Source: Planctomycetota bacterium
GTDB lineage: Bacteria > Planctomycetota > UBA1135 > GCA-002748355
Reading direction: 5' to 3'
Length of the DNA stretch: 63,060 nt
NCBI GenBank assembly: GCA_024278315.1
Contig: JAJRTL010000076.1
Span: forward strand, 1-63,060
Within the stretch, counting starts at the first letter, position 1; each line of letters starts with the position of its first letter. The notes below the pieces were generated by a model that searched no databases, was not told where the DNA came from, and saw only the letters and a program-made list of their open reading frames with translations. Below, one piece after another: positions 54,275 through 63,060 of this stretch. The translations under genes were made by a program, and so were the position numbers.

Positions 54275-54859
54275 ATGACCGCCAAGACACAGACCATCGA
54301 CATAGACCCTCGAGTTGCCAGGGAGCGCCTGCTCGAACTCGTCAAAGAACGCGCATACAAGGATGGACTCGATATCGTCCTGGCTTCAGGCAAGCGTTCG
54401 AGCTTCTACGTCAACGGCAAGAAGATCTCCCTGCACCCCGAAGGGTTGTTCTTGTTTGCAAGCCTGATCCTCGATGAGCTCGAAGGCTACCCAGAGATCA
54501 CTGCTGTCGGCGGGCTCACGATGGGAGCGGATCCGATCGCTGCCGCTGTCTGCGTCCTCTCACACCTCCAAGGCCGCCCCATCGACGCCTTTCTTGTCCG
54601 CAAGGAAGCCAAGGGGCATGGCACCGGATCTCGCATCGAGGGAGAACTTGAAGCCGGACAACGCGTGGCCATCATCGAGGACACGATCACCACGGGCGGG
54701 AGCGCCTTGAAGGCCATCGAGGCGGTCAAGGAAATCGGCGTGGAACCTTGCGTCGTCTTTGCCCTGGTGGACCGCGAAGATGAGGAAGCTCAGGACTTCC
54801 GCAACGAGTACGATGTACGCCCTTTGTTCACATTGAGCCAACTCAAGGGTGATTCGTGA
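54275..54859 (+). CDS. pyrE: orotate phosphoribosyltransferase
   Basis: SGKRSSFYVNGK and the PRTase motif VAIIEDTITTGGSA; 194 aa. Confidence 0.9.
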   Translation: MTAKTQTIDIDPRVARERLLELVKERAYKDGLDIVLASGKRSSFYVNGKKISLHPEGLFLFASLILDELEGYPEITAVGGLTMGADPIAAAVCVLSHLQGRPIDAFLVRKEAKGHGTGSRIEGELEAGQRVAIIEDTITTGGSALKAIEAVKEIGVEPCVVFALVDREDEEAQDFRNEYDVRPLFTLSQLKGDS

Positions 54860-55350
54860 GCGACTCCAAGAAGGACGATGGTGTTCGTGAGGAAATCGGA
54901 AAGGCGCTCGGAAAGGTGCCCAGTGGTCTCTTTGTTGCCAGCTGTGTACTGGGCACGAGCTCGGTTCCCTTTCTGGCCTCCTGGGTCCAACAATGCGACC
55001 TCGAAGAACCTTTGGTCATGATGTCCGTGCAGAAGGGACGTGAGGCCATGGCTGCATTGGATGGGCAGAAGGGAGCCTTCACGATCTCGGTCCTCCCTGA
55101 GGGGCGACATGATCTCATGAAACCTTTCTTCCAGACCAAACCAGAAGCGCCCTTTGGCGATCTCAAGACCTGCCGCGCGCCGAACGGTGGCGTCTATCTG
55201 GACGAGGCCCTGTCCTGGCTCGAGTGCAGCGAGATCGAGCGTGCCGAGGCTGGGGATCACGTCGTCATCATCGCCCGTGTATTGGCAGGCGGACTCCTGT
55301 CAGAGGCCAAACCCGCGGTCCATATCCGAAAGTCAGGCTTCAACTATTGA
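54856..55350 (+). CDS. flavin reductase-like (FMN-binding split-barrel) protein
   Basis: GTGA overlap with the pyrE stop; 164 aa. The layout SGLFVAS...SWVQQCDLEEPLVMMSV...GAFTISVL...GDHVVIIARV is typical of flavin reductase domain proteins. Confidence 0.75.
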   Translation: MSDSKKDDGVREEIGKALGKVPSGLFVASCVLGTSSVPFLASWVQQCDLEEPLVMMSVQKGREAMAALDGQKGAFTISVLPEGRHDLMKPFFQTKPEAPFGDLKTCRAPNGGVYLDEALSWLECSEIERAEAGDHVVIIARVLAGGLLSEAKPAVHIRKSGFNY

Positions 55351-55403
55351 GCTCGACTGCGACAGGCAAGAGGGGACGGGATGCGGGGGCCTTTCGTCAT
55401 TCG

Positions 55404-56084
55404 ATGCAACGACTCGAGCCCTGGCTTCTGTTCCTGTCCGTGCTGGGAATCCTGTTCATCCCCTCTCCCAAGGGCCTTTGGTGGTTGGTCCTCATGGGCC
55501 TGGCGATCAGTAATGCAATTCGCCGTTGGCGCGATGCGTGGGCCTGGTTTTCCCTTCAGTCCATGGGAGAGATGCTGCGCTCCTTTCTCTGGGTGCCGGG
55601 GATCATCCTTCTCTATTTCGCCATGCACAGCTATGCCCCACAGTTCGTGCACGCAAGTCCGGCTACAGACCACCTTGTCGGCAGGCACCGCATGGTCGTA
55701 GACGTGCATTTGCCCGATGGGAGCGTTCACAGGAGCGCCTGGCTCTATCTTCGTATCCAACAGAAACGTGGCCGAATCGACATCTTCGGCCAGGTACTAC
55801 CGGATGACGACTCAGCCAGAGCCATCTTCAATTTCGAGGGAGTGGCAAGTTTCGGGGACTACATACGGAACTCCCTCGACGGCTATCGCAACCCCATCCC
55901 TTTTCGCATCCTGCGTGCGAGCATCCCCTGGAAGGGCACAGTAACCGGTCGACGAGGAAAGGGACTCCAACGACTCATCCACCAGGGACGCGGCACGATA
56001 GGATTCAATCGAGTTGGGGAAATGCTTGGGAAACCCCTGAATCTCGAACTCCAGACGAATCAGGGTCTGAGCTTGAGGAACTGA
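55404..56084 (+). CDS. hypothetical membrane protein
   Basis: Start set at MQRLEPWLLFLSVLGILFI (ATG 55404) within ORF 55224-56084. Three or four hydrophobic segments and no known motif. Confidence 0.5.
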   Translation: MQRLEPWLLFLSVLGILFIPSPKGLWWLVLMGLAISNAIRRWRDAWAWFSLQSMGEMLRSFLWVPGIILLYFAMHSYAPQFVHASPATDHLVGRHRMVVDVHLPDGSVHRSAWLYLRIQQKRGRIDIFGQVLPDDDSARAIFNFEGVASFGDYIRNSLDGYRNPIPFRILRASIPWKGTVTGRRGKGLQRLIHQGRGTIGFNRVGEMLGKPLNLELQTNQGLSLRN

Positions 56085-56085
56085 G

Positions 56086-56673
56086 ATGATCGTGGGGCTC
56101 CTCCTTGCAGGTGGCGATTCCAGCCGCATGGGCCAGCAGAAGGCTCGACTCCAGATCAAGGGACAGGAGGCATGGGTCCACCTCGCGAACAAGATGCTGG
56201 CAGCAGGCTGCGGGAGAGTCCTTATGGCCATCCCCTCAGGGCTCCAGGATCCTCTGACTCCGATGGCTCCCGAACACGTCGAGCTCCACGTTGTCCCTGA
56301 ATCCCAACGACAGCGTGGGGCCATCGGTAGCCTTGCTCACCTGATCACGCATCTCCAAGTCGAGAACTGGAGTGACGTCGAATCCCTCCTGATCGCTCCC
56401 GTCGATCACCCCTATGTGGCCACCGAGACGCTACACCACCTTCTTGGTGGCGGCCACGCGGTGGCAATCCCGACCCATGGAGGAAAGCGCGGGCATCCGA
56501 TCGTCCTGAGAGCCGATGTGGCGGCTCGCTTGCAAGACCTCCAGGGAACACTCAAGACACTGACTCGGGATCCAGAAATCGGTGCCATCGAGATCCCTGT
56601 ACCCGATGAGACGATCCTCTGGAACCTGGATCTCCCGGAAGACTATGACCGCTTCACGCGAAGGCTGCCCTGA
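56086..56673 (+). CDS. MobA-like NTP transferase (molybdenum cofactor nucleotidyltransferase family)
   Basis: GLLLAGGDSSRMG N-terminal motif and APVDHPYV; 195 aa. Starts 2 nt after the upstream stop. Confidence 0.8.
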   Translation: MIVGLLLAGGDSSRMGQQKARLQIKGQEAWVHLANKMLAAGCGRVLMAIPSGLQDPLTPMAPEHVELHVVPESQRQRGAIGSLAHLITHLQVENWSDVESLLIAPVDHPYVATETLHHLLGGGHAVAIPTHGGKRGHPIVLRADVAARLQDLQGTLKTLTRDPEIGAIEIPVPDETILWNLDLPEDYDRFTRRLP

Positions 56674-56775
56674 GACGTTCTTGTTGATTCGTGCCCGAAT
56701 GTCTCATGCCACGGGGGGTCTACAGCCGATGGAGAAGCTACGAAGCTCCACCTCTGATCAAGGAAGGCTCCCCAT

Positions 56776-57543
56776 ATGCGTCCTGCACTTCTCTCCGTCG
56801 GCATGGTTCTCGGTCTCATGTCCTGTAGCGGTATCGGCATCGTCGCAGATCTCGGGGTCCTGCAGGCCAAACCAGAAGGCACGATCGCATTGACCGATGC
56901 TGGCAATATCGGCAACATCCAGGACTTCACCAACGATCTCGCAGACTCCTTCGGCATCACTGACGATGTGTCGACACCCTACGGGCGGGTGGAGGTGTCA
57001 GGTCTGTTCGTGACCATGACCTTCTCTGGCTTCATCTTCGGGGACAACGCCAACGGATCCCTGCAGAACCCCTATGGCAGCTTGCCTGGTGGCAGTTCTG
57101 TTGATTCGGACTACTCACTGAGCAACCTCAAGGGCGCGGCAACGCTCGACCTGATCAACCTGGGTCCTCTCCGCGTGGCGCCAGGGGTCTGCCTCAACAT
57201 CCTGGAAGTCTCCAACAAGTCTATTGTCGCGAGCAATCCCTCACTGAACGAAGATAGGAGCACACTTCTGACCATCCCCCAGATCTTCCTGCAAGCGGAG
57301 GTCGATCTGGGATATGTCGATCTGGTCGTCGAGGGAGGTTGGATGGAAGCCAGCCTCCCGGACATCAGTGGCCGGTTGATCGACCTCGAGGCCATCTTTC
57401 GGATCCGCCCGATCGAACACGTAGAGGTCTTCGCGGGATACCGTTGGCTGGATGTGGATGTGGACGGCATCCAGGACAATCAGGCCTTCGACACGGACAT
57501 CACCTTCGGGGGCTTCACGTTCGGGCTGGGATTCTCTCTGTAG
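56776..57543 (+). CDS. putative outer-membrane beta-barrel lipoprotein
   Basis: MRPALLSVGMVLGLMSCSG signal/lipobox, alternating-strand pattern, C-terminal FTFGLGFSL. Confidence 0.55.
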   Translation: MRPALLSVGMVLGLMSCSGIGIVADLGVLQAKPEGTIALTDAGNIGNIQDFTNDLADSFGITDDVSTPYGRVEVSGLFVTMTFSGFIFGDNANGSLQNPYGSLPGGSSVDSDYSLSNLKGAATLDLINLGPLRVAPGVCLNILEVSNKSIVASNPSLNEDRSTLLTIPQIFLQAEVDLGYVDLVVEGGWMEASLPDISGRLIDLEAIFRIRPIEHVEVFAGYRWLDVDVDGIQDNQAFDTDITFGGFTFGLGFSL

Positions 57544-57549
57544 CCCGGA

Positions 57550-58455
57550 TCAGCGTCCAGGGCCTGCCACTGCTGCAGGCCTCGACTCTACATTCATCAT
57601 GTAGTCTCTGAGTTCACGTGCCGGACGCTTGCTGTCGAGATTGTAGGTCAGGTAGCGGTCGAAGCTGAGGGGGTAACTGCCCTCTCTCAGCGCCTGCCAA
57701 CTAGCACGCTTACCGTCGATCGCCAAGACCTTGACCCTGGAGGATCGTGCCTCCTCCAGGGGAACGATGGCTATCCCTCCAGGTGCCTTCGAGACCCTGG
57801 AAACAACATCAGCCCAGGTGGGTTCACCTGAGCCCTTGACCTTGAGTTCGGGGAAGAGCAGATGCCATGCCTGCTTCTGACTTGGTTCATCCTTGGCCCG
57901 ATGGAAGGTCTCTACATCCATGAAGAGCCGGCTGATGGCCGACCAGTTGTGGATCCGGCCATCCAGGATTTCCCCGACCTGGGTCTTGGACAGAGCCTGG
58001 ATGGGATTGGTAGGGTTGACGATCGCGACCCAGTGCTTGCGATCCATGACGAGCTGCCGAAGACCCTGCTTCTTCTGCGCATAGCTCAGAGGAAGGGATG
58101 TCAGGATCAGGTCCAAGTTGCCTCGCATGAGCTCCTGAAGCCCTTGCTCAGGACCAGGATGGAACATGTAGATCTCGAAGCCTGGGTGACTCTTCTCAAA
58201 GGCAGGCTTCACACGATCCATGAACCACTCCTGCCCCCCACCGGCACAAGCAACCCTGAGTGCTTGGGCACGTTTCGATATCGTGGTCCGCGTGGATAGC
58301 CTTGGTTCGGTGTGCATGGCAACCGGCTGGTTCGAGTCGAGGACGAGTTCGTAGGCTGCTTCCTCTTCGGGGCTGGACGATATATCGATGTACTCTGGAG
58401 ACCTGGCGCAAGATGTACAGATCGTGCACAGCAGCAGTGTGGCGATACTCGACAC
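57550..58455 (-). CDS. PstS-like periplasmic substrate-binding protein (PBP type 2)
   Basis: Segments LRVACAGGG, NLDLILTSLPL, HWVAIVNPTNPIQALSKTQVGEILDGRIHNW and GGIAIVPL fit phosphate-binding PBP_like_2 proteins. The start is uncertain: GTG 58455 precedes a hydrophobic SSIATLLLCTICTSC segment, and the ORF stays open to 58608. Confidence 0.65.
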   Translation of the reverse strand: MSSIATLLLCTICTSCARSPEYIDISSSPEEEAAYELVLDSNQPVAMHTEPRLSTRTTISKRAQALRVACAGGGQEWFMDRVKPAFEKSHPGFEIYMFHPGPEQGLQELMRGNLDLILTSLPLSYAQKKQGLRQLVMDRKHWVAIVNPTNPIQALSKTQVGEILDGRIHNWSAISRLFMDVETFHRAKDEPSQKQAWHLLFPELKVKGSGEPTWADVVSRVSKAPGGIAIVPLEEARSSRVKVLAIDGKRASWQALREGSYPLSFDRYLTYNLDSKRPARELRDYMMNVESRPAAVAGPGR

Positions 58456-58671
58456 TGTGTAGTCAATCCCCGCCCCCAAATCAGCCCCCCCCAGGTCCAA
58501 TCTCCGAATGATGGATCCATCGACAAGGAGGGGGTCCCGACCTGAGTCAAGGTGTGGGAAGAAAGGACAGTCGAGGCAAACTCCCACAACATGGAAACAG
58601 CCGTGCACCGGTCTCGCGGTTCACGGCTGTCCTGGTCCACGCCCCATGGGAGCGTTCACGCAATCATGGTC

Positions 58672-60873
58672 TCAGACCTTCGAGATCTCCTTGATCTGGA
58701 CCTGGATGCTCCCTGTCGGAAGCTCGATTTCGACAGTCTTGCCAGCCTCACTACCCAGGAGAGCTTTGGCCAGAGGAGCCTGGTAGGACACGACGTTCTC
58801 CCCCTGCTCTCCATCCCAGGGCCCCAGAATCGTCATGGACTTGGTGTCGCCCGACTCCAGGTCCAGGTAGACCACGCGAGTGCCAGGTGCGACGACCCCG
58901 TCGGGAACTTCCTGCTCGGAGATCAGGCGTGCCTTCTTGAGGTTCTCCTCCATCTCCGTCGCTCTCGCGGTGAGGTTGCGCTGTTCCTCCATGGCGGCAT
59001 CCCACTCAGCGTTCTCGGAGAGATCGCCGAGAGAAGCTGCCGCACCAATAGCCTTGCTGTTGGCCGGAATCTTGACGTCCCGCAGCTCATGGAAAACAGC
59101 TTCATAGCTGGCTAGACCAGCCTGGGTGCAGAAGATGGAATCCAGCTCCCAGAAAGGCTTGTCAGGAGCAAGGAAGATTTTGGGGTAACGGTCGTGTGCC
59201 ACGCGCTCGATGATCTCCTGCACCTTGGGCGGAAACTCTTCGCCTCCAAGGTTGCCAGAGTTCAACAAGGATTGGATCGTGCGTTGATCCACCTCGGCCA
59301 GCAACTCGACGAGGAGTTTCCGCTTGCCAGTAAGAAGCGTGACAATGCGATTCATGAGGCGCGTCTTCTCCGCACTGCCCTTTCGAGAAAGGCTGGTCGT
59401 GCGGATGACATGAACGATGACGCGTGCCATGACGGAGGCATCCGGCTTCTTCTCCGCTCCATCGAGTGCCCCGTCGGCATAAGCCTTGGTCAGAAGGAAC
59501 AGAAGGAAGGGGTTCTTGTTCGGAAAAGGAGCAGTGCTATGCCACAGTGCCGCGAGATCCTCGTCGACACCTTCTCCGGTGATCATCTCGAAGAGGGGCT
59601 CCAAGCAGTCCACCGGAACATTCTTGAGGTGCGGGAGGACTTGTTTGTGCCACCCTTCACCCAGAACAGCGGGGAGGAAACTAATCGTGCGTTGACGGAC
59701 CTTGGATAGCTTCAGGTCCCGCAGCTTGTTGAAGTGGAAAGCTCCAGTATCCAGACCAAAGAAGCTCTGCAGGGTCTCGACGAACTCAGCCTGCTCGATT
59801 TCATGATGCTCTTCGAGCCAGATCAGGGCTTCGATGGATTCGGAATCCACCTTTCCGGAGGCAGCAATAGGCCCAATCAGCTCATGTGCCAAGGTAAGGA
59901 TTTCAGCACGGTCGGAATCCCTCGTGCAACGATCCAGATAGGCCTGGATCGCCGTGAGCAACTCATGCACCTTGTTGAGATGGCGCAGGGAGTAGCGAGC
60001 CTCTTCCGAGAGACTCAGGGACTTCTTCCGGATCGTGAGTATGGGCCTGGAAGCACTTCCTGCGACGGTGATGAGGGGATCCTCGACAGCTGCCTTCTTG
60101 GCCTTTTTCCACCAGGTCGCCCAAGAGCGCGTAGCCACCACCTTGTCCGTTAGCATCTCCTTGATCTGCAGGGAGCTGGCCTTGCCACGATGGAGCCGCA
60201 AGACCTTCCGGACGATCTCGACAGGATTGTCCTTGGCCATCTGTTGGAGGCCATCAGGGTCCATCATCTGCATCGCACGGAGGTCGTCCATGGCGAGCGG
60301 GGTGAAGCTATCCAAAGCCGTTTGCCAGGGCACCAGATGCTCTCTTCCGTTGGAAAAGCGGATGGTCACCTCATCTTCGTCCTCATCGATCTCTCCGATA
60401 ACACCCTCTCCCCAACCCGAGGAATGGTAGACAGGCTTTCCAGGGAGATAGCTCATGTTCACCTGGAGACGAAGGAACTGTTTCCAGCTCAACTTCTCGA
60501 TGTTCCCAGGATCCAAAGCAACATCCACCTTCTTCAGAACGAAGGGGAACCAGGACTCTTTGCCATAGGCGTCAGCCACCACCTTGCCTATCAGGACATC
60601 TTGTCCAGACAGTTGCTTGAGCCCGGCCTTGTTCAGATATTCCATCGTAGGGAGGACATCTCCTGTCCGCCCCTTGGATTCCAACGAATCGAGAAGCATG
60701 CCCGCCAACATCGATGCGTGATCCTGACGCTTCGAAGAAAGCAGATACTCGAGTGTTCCCAGGTAGTCCTCAAGAGGGCCGGGTTCCTTCATCTGCTCGA
60801 GCCATACACGTTCGAGGTCATCAAGGTCGCCAGACTGGATAGCATCACGAAGCGAAGTAGAAGTCACTGACAT
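58672..60873 (-). CDS. greA: GreA-family transcript-cleavage factor with a ~580-aa N-terminal extension
   Basis: The C-terminal ~150 aa form a complete GreA module (GDLSENAEWDAAMEEQ ... VVAPGTRVVYLD ... ILGPWDGE ... VSYQAPLAKALLGSEAGKTVEIELPTG). The N-terminal part contains a CarD/TRCF-RID-like segment (GKPVYHSSGWGEGVIGEI). Start MSVTSTSL (ATG 60873). Confidence 0.8.
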   Translation of the reverse strand: MSVTSTSLRDAIQSGDLDDLERVWLEQMKEPGPLEDYLGTLEYLLSSKRQDHASMLAGMLLDSLESKGRTGDVLPTMEYLNKAGLKQLSGQDVLIGKVVADAYGKESWFPFVLKKVDVALDPGNIEKLSWKQFLRLQVNMSYLPGKPVYHSSGWGEGVIGEIDEDEDEVTIRFSNGREHLVPWQTALDSFTPLAMDDLRAMQMMDPDGLQQMAKDNPVEIVRKVLRLHRGKASSLQIKEMLTDKVVATRSWATWWKKAKKAAVEDPLITVAGSASRPILTIRKKSLSLSEEARYSLRHLNKVHELLTAIQAYLDRCTRDSDRAEILTLAHELIGPIAASGKVDSESIEALIWLEEHHEIEQAEFVETLQSFFGLDTGAFHFNKLRDLKLSKVRQRTISFLPAVLGEGWHKQVLPHLKNVPVDCLEPLFEMITGEGVDEDLAALWHSTAPFPNKNPFLLFLLTKAYADGALDGAEKKPDASVMARVIVHVIRTTSLSRKGSAEKTRLMNRIVTLLTGKRKLLVELLAEVDQRTIQSLLNSGNLGGEEFPPKVQEIIERVAHDRYPKIFLAPDKPFWELDSIFCTQAGLASYEAVFHELRDVKIPANSKAIGAAASLGDLSENAEWDAAMEEQRNLTARATEMEENLKKARLISEQEVPDGVVAPGTRVVYLDLESGDTKSMTILGPWDGEQGENVVSYQAPLAKALLGSEAGKTVEIELPTGSIQVQIKEISKV

Positions 60874-60958
60874 CACGGGCACAGAGTCCAAGAAAAGGAG
60901 GGGCGGAAGCCAAGCATCTGGAATCGACTGGATATGGACCGGGATTGTAGGGATGAGA

Positions 60959-61483
60959 TCATTCGGCCATCCGGGCAATAAGGCTCTCGATGCTTGAGGG
61001 AAGCACCTCATCATCACTGATCTTCTCGAAGATCTCGTCGAGAACAGGGCCAGGAGCCACCAGGGTCACGAAGAACTCAGCGTCGAAGAGCTTTCTAAAA
61101 GCCTTGATCTTCTTGATCTGGGTCTCGTTCAAGGTCGGCAGGACCTCGATCACCATGGTCTTGCCCTCCCGCCCACGTCCACGGAGAACCATGGTTGGTG
61201 AGTAGGCAGCCACCTTCTCGTCCTCGAGTTTGACCTCGAAGCGGCGCGGGGCGTGCGAGTGGGCCAGGCCATGCTTGGACAGACACTGGCAGACTCTCTG
61301 CTCCAACTCGCTGAGAAGCGGGCGTCCCCCGCATCGGCCGTAGACCTTGCCCTTCTCAGGTGGAGCAACGAAGTCCTGCTCGAACTCGATGCCGCGCTTG
61401 CTGACGAAGATTCCATCTACAGGGCTCCGGGTCTGGGTCGGTTTGACCTCGGTATCGGAACCTGAACGTTTTCTAGCCGCCAT
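60959..61483 (-). CDS. hypothetical protein
   Basis: 174-aa ORF with basic N-terminus. It resembles PD-(D/E)xK-type layouts only faintly (YSPTMVL...IEVLP), and the catalytic residues are not conserved. Confidence 0.45.
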   Translation of the reverse strand: MAARKRSGSDTEVKPTQTRSPVDGIFVSKRGIEFEQDFVAPPEKGKVYGRCGGRPLLSELEQRVCQCLSKHGLAHSHAPRRFEVKLEDEKVAAYSPTMVLRGRGREGKTMVIEVLPTLNETQIKKIKAFRKLFDAEFFVTLVAPGPVLDEIFEKISDDEVLPSSIESLIARMAE

Positions 61484-61667
61484 ATGTTCTCAACAGCGAT
61501 CCAACAGGAGGATCCCGGAAGGCCAATCGTGTCATCCGATCAACCTAACCACCTAGTGGAAAATCTCTTACAGTGATCCGCTCAGTGGTTTTTCCGGGGA
61601 ATCCACGGAGCAAAAGGCCGAGGATCTTAGCACGCTACATTCCGCTTGTCAGCATTCCTCTGACCTG

Positions 61668-61785
61668 CCTCGAACTATTCATGACCTCGATGAGTCTGAG
61701 GGCGCCTTTCGGTCCAGGTGGGCAAACACGCACTCGGCTGCGCAGATCTCGCGTTTGCCCACAACGATCTCATGAATCACCAGGG
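61668..61785 (-). mobile_element. 118-bp internal-deletion derivative of the foldback element
   Basis: Degenerate right-type terminus (CCTCGAACTATTCATGACCTCGATGAGTCTGA), a hairpin GGGCAAAC...GTTTGCCC, then a left-type terminus in reverse (CACAACGATCTCATGAATCACCAGGG). Lies 67 nt from the tRNA gene. Confidence 0.65.
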
Positions 61786-61852
61786 TTTGGCCAAGGCATT
61801 CTTGGAGTCAAAGAGGGTCGGAGCAGATCTCAACCAGGGATCTGCCCCGACC

Positions 61853-61929
61853 TGGTAGGCCCTGCAGGACTCGAACCTACAACCAGCCGGGTATGAGCCG
61901 GCAGCTCTAACCAATTGAGCTAAGGGCCC
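61853..61929 (-). tRNA. tRNA with CAT anticodon (elongator Met or lysidine-modified Ile2), CCA encoded
   Basis: Reverse complement GGGCCCTTAGCTCAATTGGTTAGAGCTGCCGGCTCATACCCGGCTGGTTGTAGGTTCGAGTCCTGCAGGGCCTACCA folds as a cloverleaf with anticodon loop CTCATAC. No C1xA72 initiator mismatch. Confidence 0.9.
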
Positions 61930-62045
61930 AGGTGGAACCAGGGTCGATCCATGTTGGCGACACCTGAAGTCGATCAGCATATGCAAATGCTGGGGTTCAC
62001 GGGAGCGTAGATCTCACTTTGCATCCCCTCTCCGGCTGGAATCGA

Positions 62046-62612
62046 CTAGTCGCCGAGGCCTTTGAGCACTTCCTCGTCACCCATGTCGAAGATGTTCTCC
62101 CACTCGCTCTCGCCGCATTCCTGGTTGAGGAGCTTGTTCTTCCTTGTTTCCTCGGATTCCCTGCTGTGCTCAGGAAAGAGCTTGAAGAGTGTCTCCAGGT
62201 TCTCGGAGAACAGCCCCACCAAGGGAAAGACCTTCTTCTTCGCGAGGTGGCCCGCTTGCTCCAGGACCTTGAACGGGATCAGGATCGGCATCGTCAAGGT
62301 CAGGGCATCACCGAAGAGCTCGATTGGAACGATCCTGTTCTCGAAGAGGAAATCCTCTGGGAGGCACCCAACTGCTTCCGGAGAAGGCTCCGTACCGTTG
62401 ATCGACAGGAAAGGTAGTTGGTAGTGCTGAACGACTATCTTGGCCAGATCCCATTCGGCAATCGCCCCCTGGTCAACGAGGATTTCCACGAAGGGAATCC
62501 CCGTGTTGTCCTGCTTGTACAGGGCATCCGAGATCTGCTCGTTGGAGATCTGACTGGTCTGGGCCAAGGCTTCAGCCAGCCGGACCGAAGTGATACGTTC
62601 CAACCCTTTCAT
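62046..62612 (-). CDS. stand-alone GspE/MshE N-terminal (T2SSE_N / MshEN) domain protein
   Basis: RLAEALAQTSQISNEQISDALYKQDNTGIPFVEILVDQGAIAEWDLAKIVVQHYQLPFLSI...LPEDFLFENRIVPIELFGDALTLTM follows the T2SS ATPase N-terminal domain pattern. No ATPase domain follows. Confidence 0.8.
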   Translation of the reverse strand: MKGLERITSVRLAEALAQTSQISNEQISDALYKQDNTGIPFVEILVDQGAIAEWDLAKIVVQHYQLPFLSINGTEPSPEAVGCLPEDFLFENRIVPIELFGDALTLTMPILIPFKVLEQAGHLAKKKVFPLVGLFSENLETLFKLFPEHSRESEETRKNKLLNQECGESEWENIFDMGDEEVLKGLGD

Positions 62613-62851
62613 GGGTCTTCTATCGGCAGGCTCTCCCGGGGACTGAAGCTGGTCTCCTTTCCGGTGGATCTAAGAGCCTTGAGGCGCTAAGGAGCCGGTG
62701 ACAACAAGGGTTCCAACAAGGGTTCAACCAAAGAGGCCCAGGAAGGAACAGCGCGACCCCTGACCGCAACCAAACATGCTCCTCCCGGCTCTTGATGCCG
62801 GGGAAGGGATCTCCTGTCGTTCGATCGACTCTTTCTCTCACAGAGATCACG

Positions 62852-62921
62852 GAGACACGGAGGCGGTCTTGCTCAATGGTCGTCTTGAATGATGGGACTT
62901 CTGGATGGATCTCCGTGTCTC
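62852..62921. repeat. 11-bp perfect inverted repeat of the CACGGAG motif class
   Basis: GAGACACGGAG (62852-62862) pairs with CTCCGTGTCTC (62911-62921). Flanking TCTCTCAC / GTGAGAGA extend the pairing with a bulge. Confidence 0.6.
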
Positions 62922-63009
62922 AGTGAGAGAGAAGTGAGTTCACGATGGTTCGATCACGCCAGCACGCGCATGGATGACATCGCAAGATGTGGTGCAGTGA
63001 GTTCAACAC
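62919..63009 (-). repeat. second interspersed repeat, copy Y (inverted relative to 48776-48868)
   Basis: The reverse complement GTGTTGAACTCACTGCACCACATCTTGCGATGTCATCCATGCGCGTGCTGGCGTGATCGAACCATCGTGAACTCACTTCTCTCTCACTGAG matches copy X closely. Confidence 0.75.
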
Positions 63010-63032
63010 GCCGATCTCATGAATCATCCGGG
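63010..63032 (-). mobile_element. left-type terminus of the foldback element family, fused directly to repeat copy Y
   Basis: The reverse complement CCCGGATGATTCATGAGATCGGC matches the left terminus. Outer flank is CTAG. Confidence 0.65.
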
Positions 63033-63060
63033 CTAGATGTCCAGGTTGGTCACCTCGAGG

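Noticed and set aside
16338-63032. The interspersed repeats as a CRISPR array.
   Set aside because: The copies are 46-220 bp long, irregularly spaced by kilobases, present in both orientations and bounded by inverted termini. There is no short-repeat/spacer periodicity, and no cas genes are present.

Overview
GC-rich bacterial chromosomal window. The gene content (ECF sigma / Ser-Thr kinase pairs, FG-GAP and DUF1080-like lipoproteins, a GT87 enzyme, an ~730-aa GreA) suggests a Planctomycetota/PVC-like organism; this is inference only. I support about 47 protein genes and two tRNAs (Arg-CCG and a CAT-anticodon tRNA). Housekeeping blocks (scoAB, purF, pdxST, pyrE, rocD, M61 peptidase) alternate with accessory segments. 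I saw no rRNA, CRISPR array, transposase or integrase. Three things stand out. (1) A ~220-bp foldback MITE-like element family has at least 13 termini in 63 kb. It shows 4-bp NTAR flank duplications and compensatory base-pair swaps in an internal hairpin, and some termini sit directly on stop codons. Two further interspersed repeat families accompany it. (2) A five-member paralogous family of secreted proteins lies at three loci, all next to these repeats. Two members carry their only in-frame stop (TGA) inside the same conserved Gly-Cys motif. (3) Two more loci are split by a single in-frame stop with a long intact downstream frame: a DEDDh-exonuclease/RecQ plus UvrD helicase pair (TAG) and a DapB-like amine dehydrogenase (TAA). 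All coordinates and alignments were done by eye from the sequence and the ORF track; no database search was possible.
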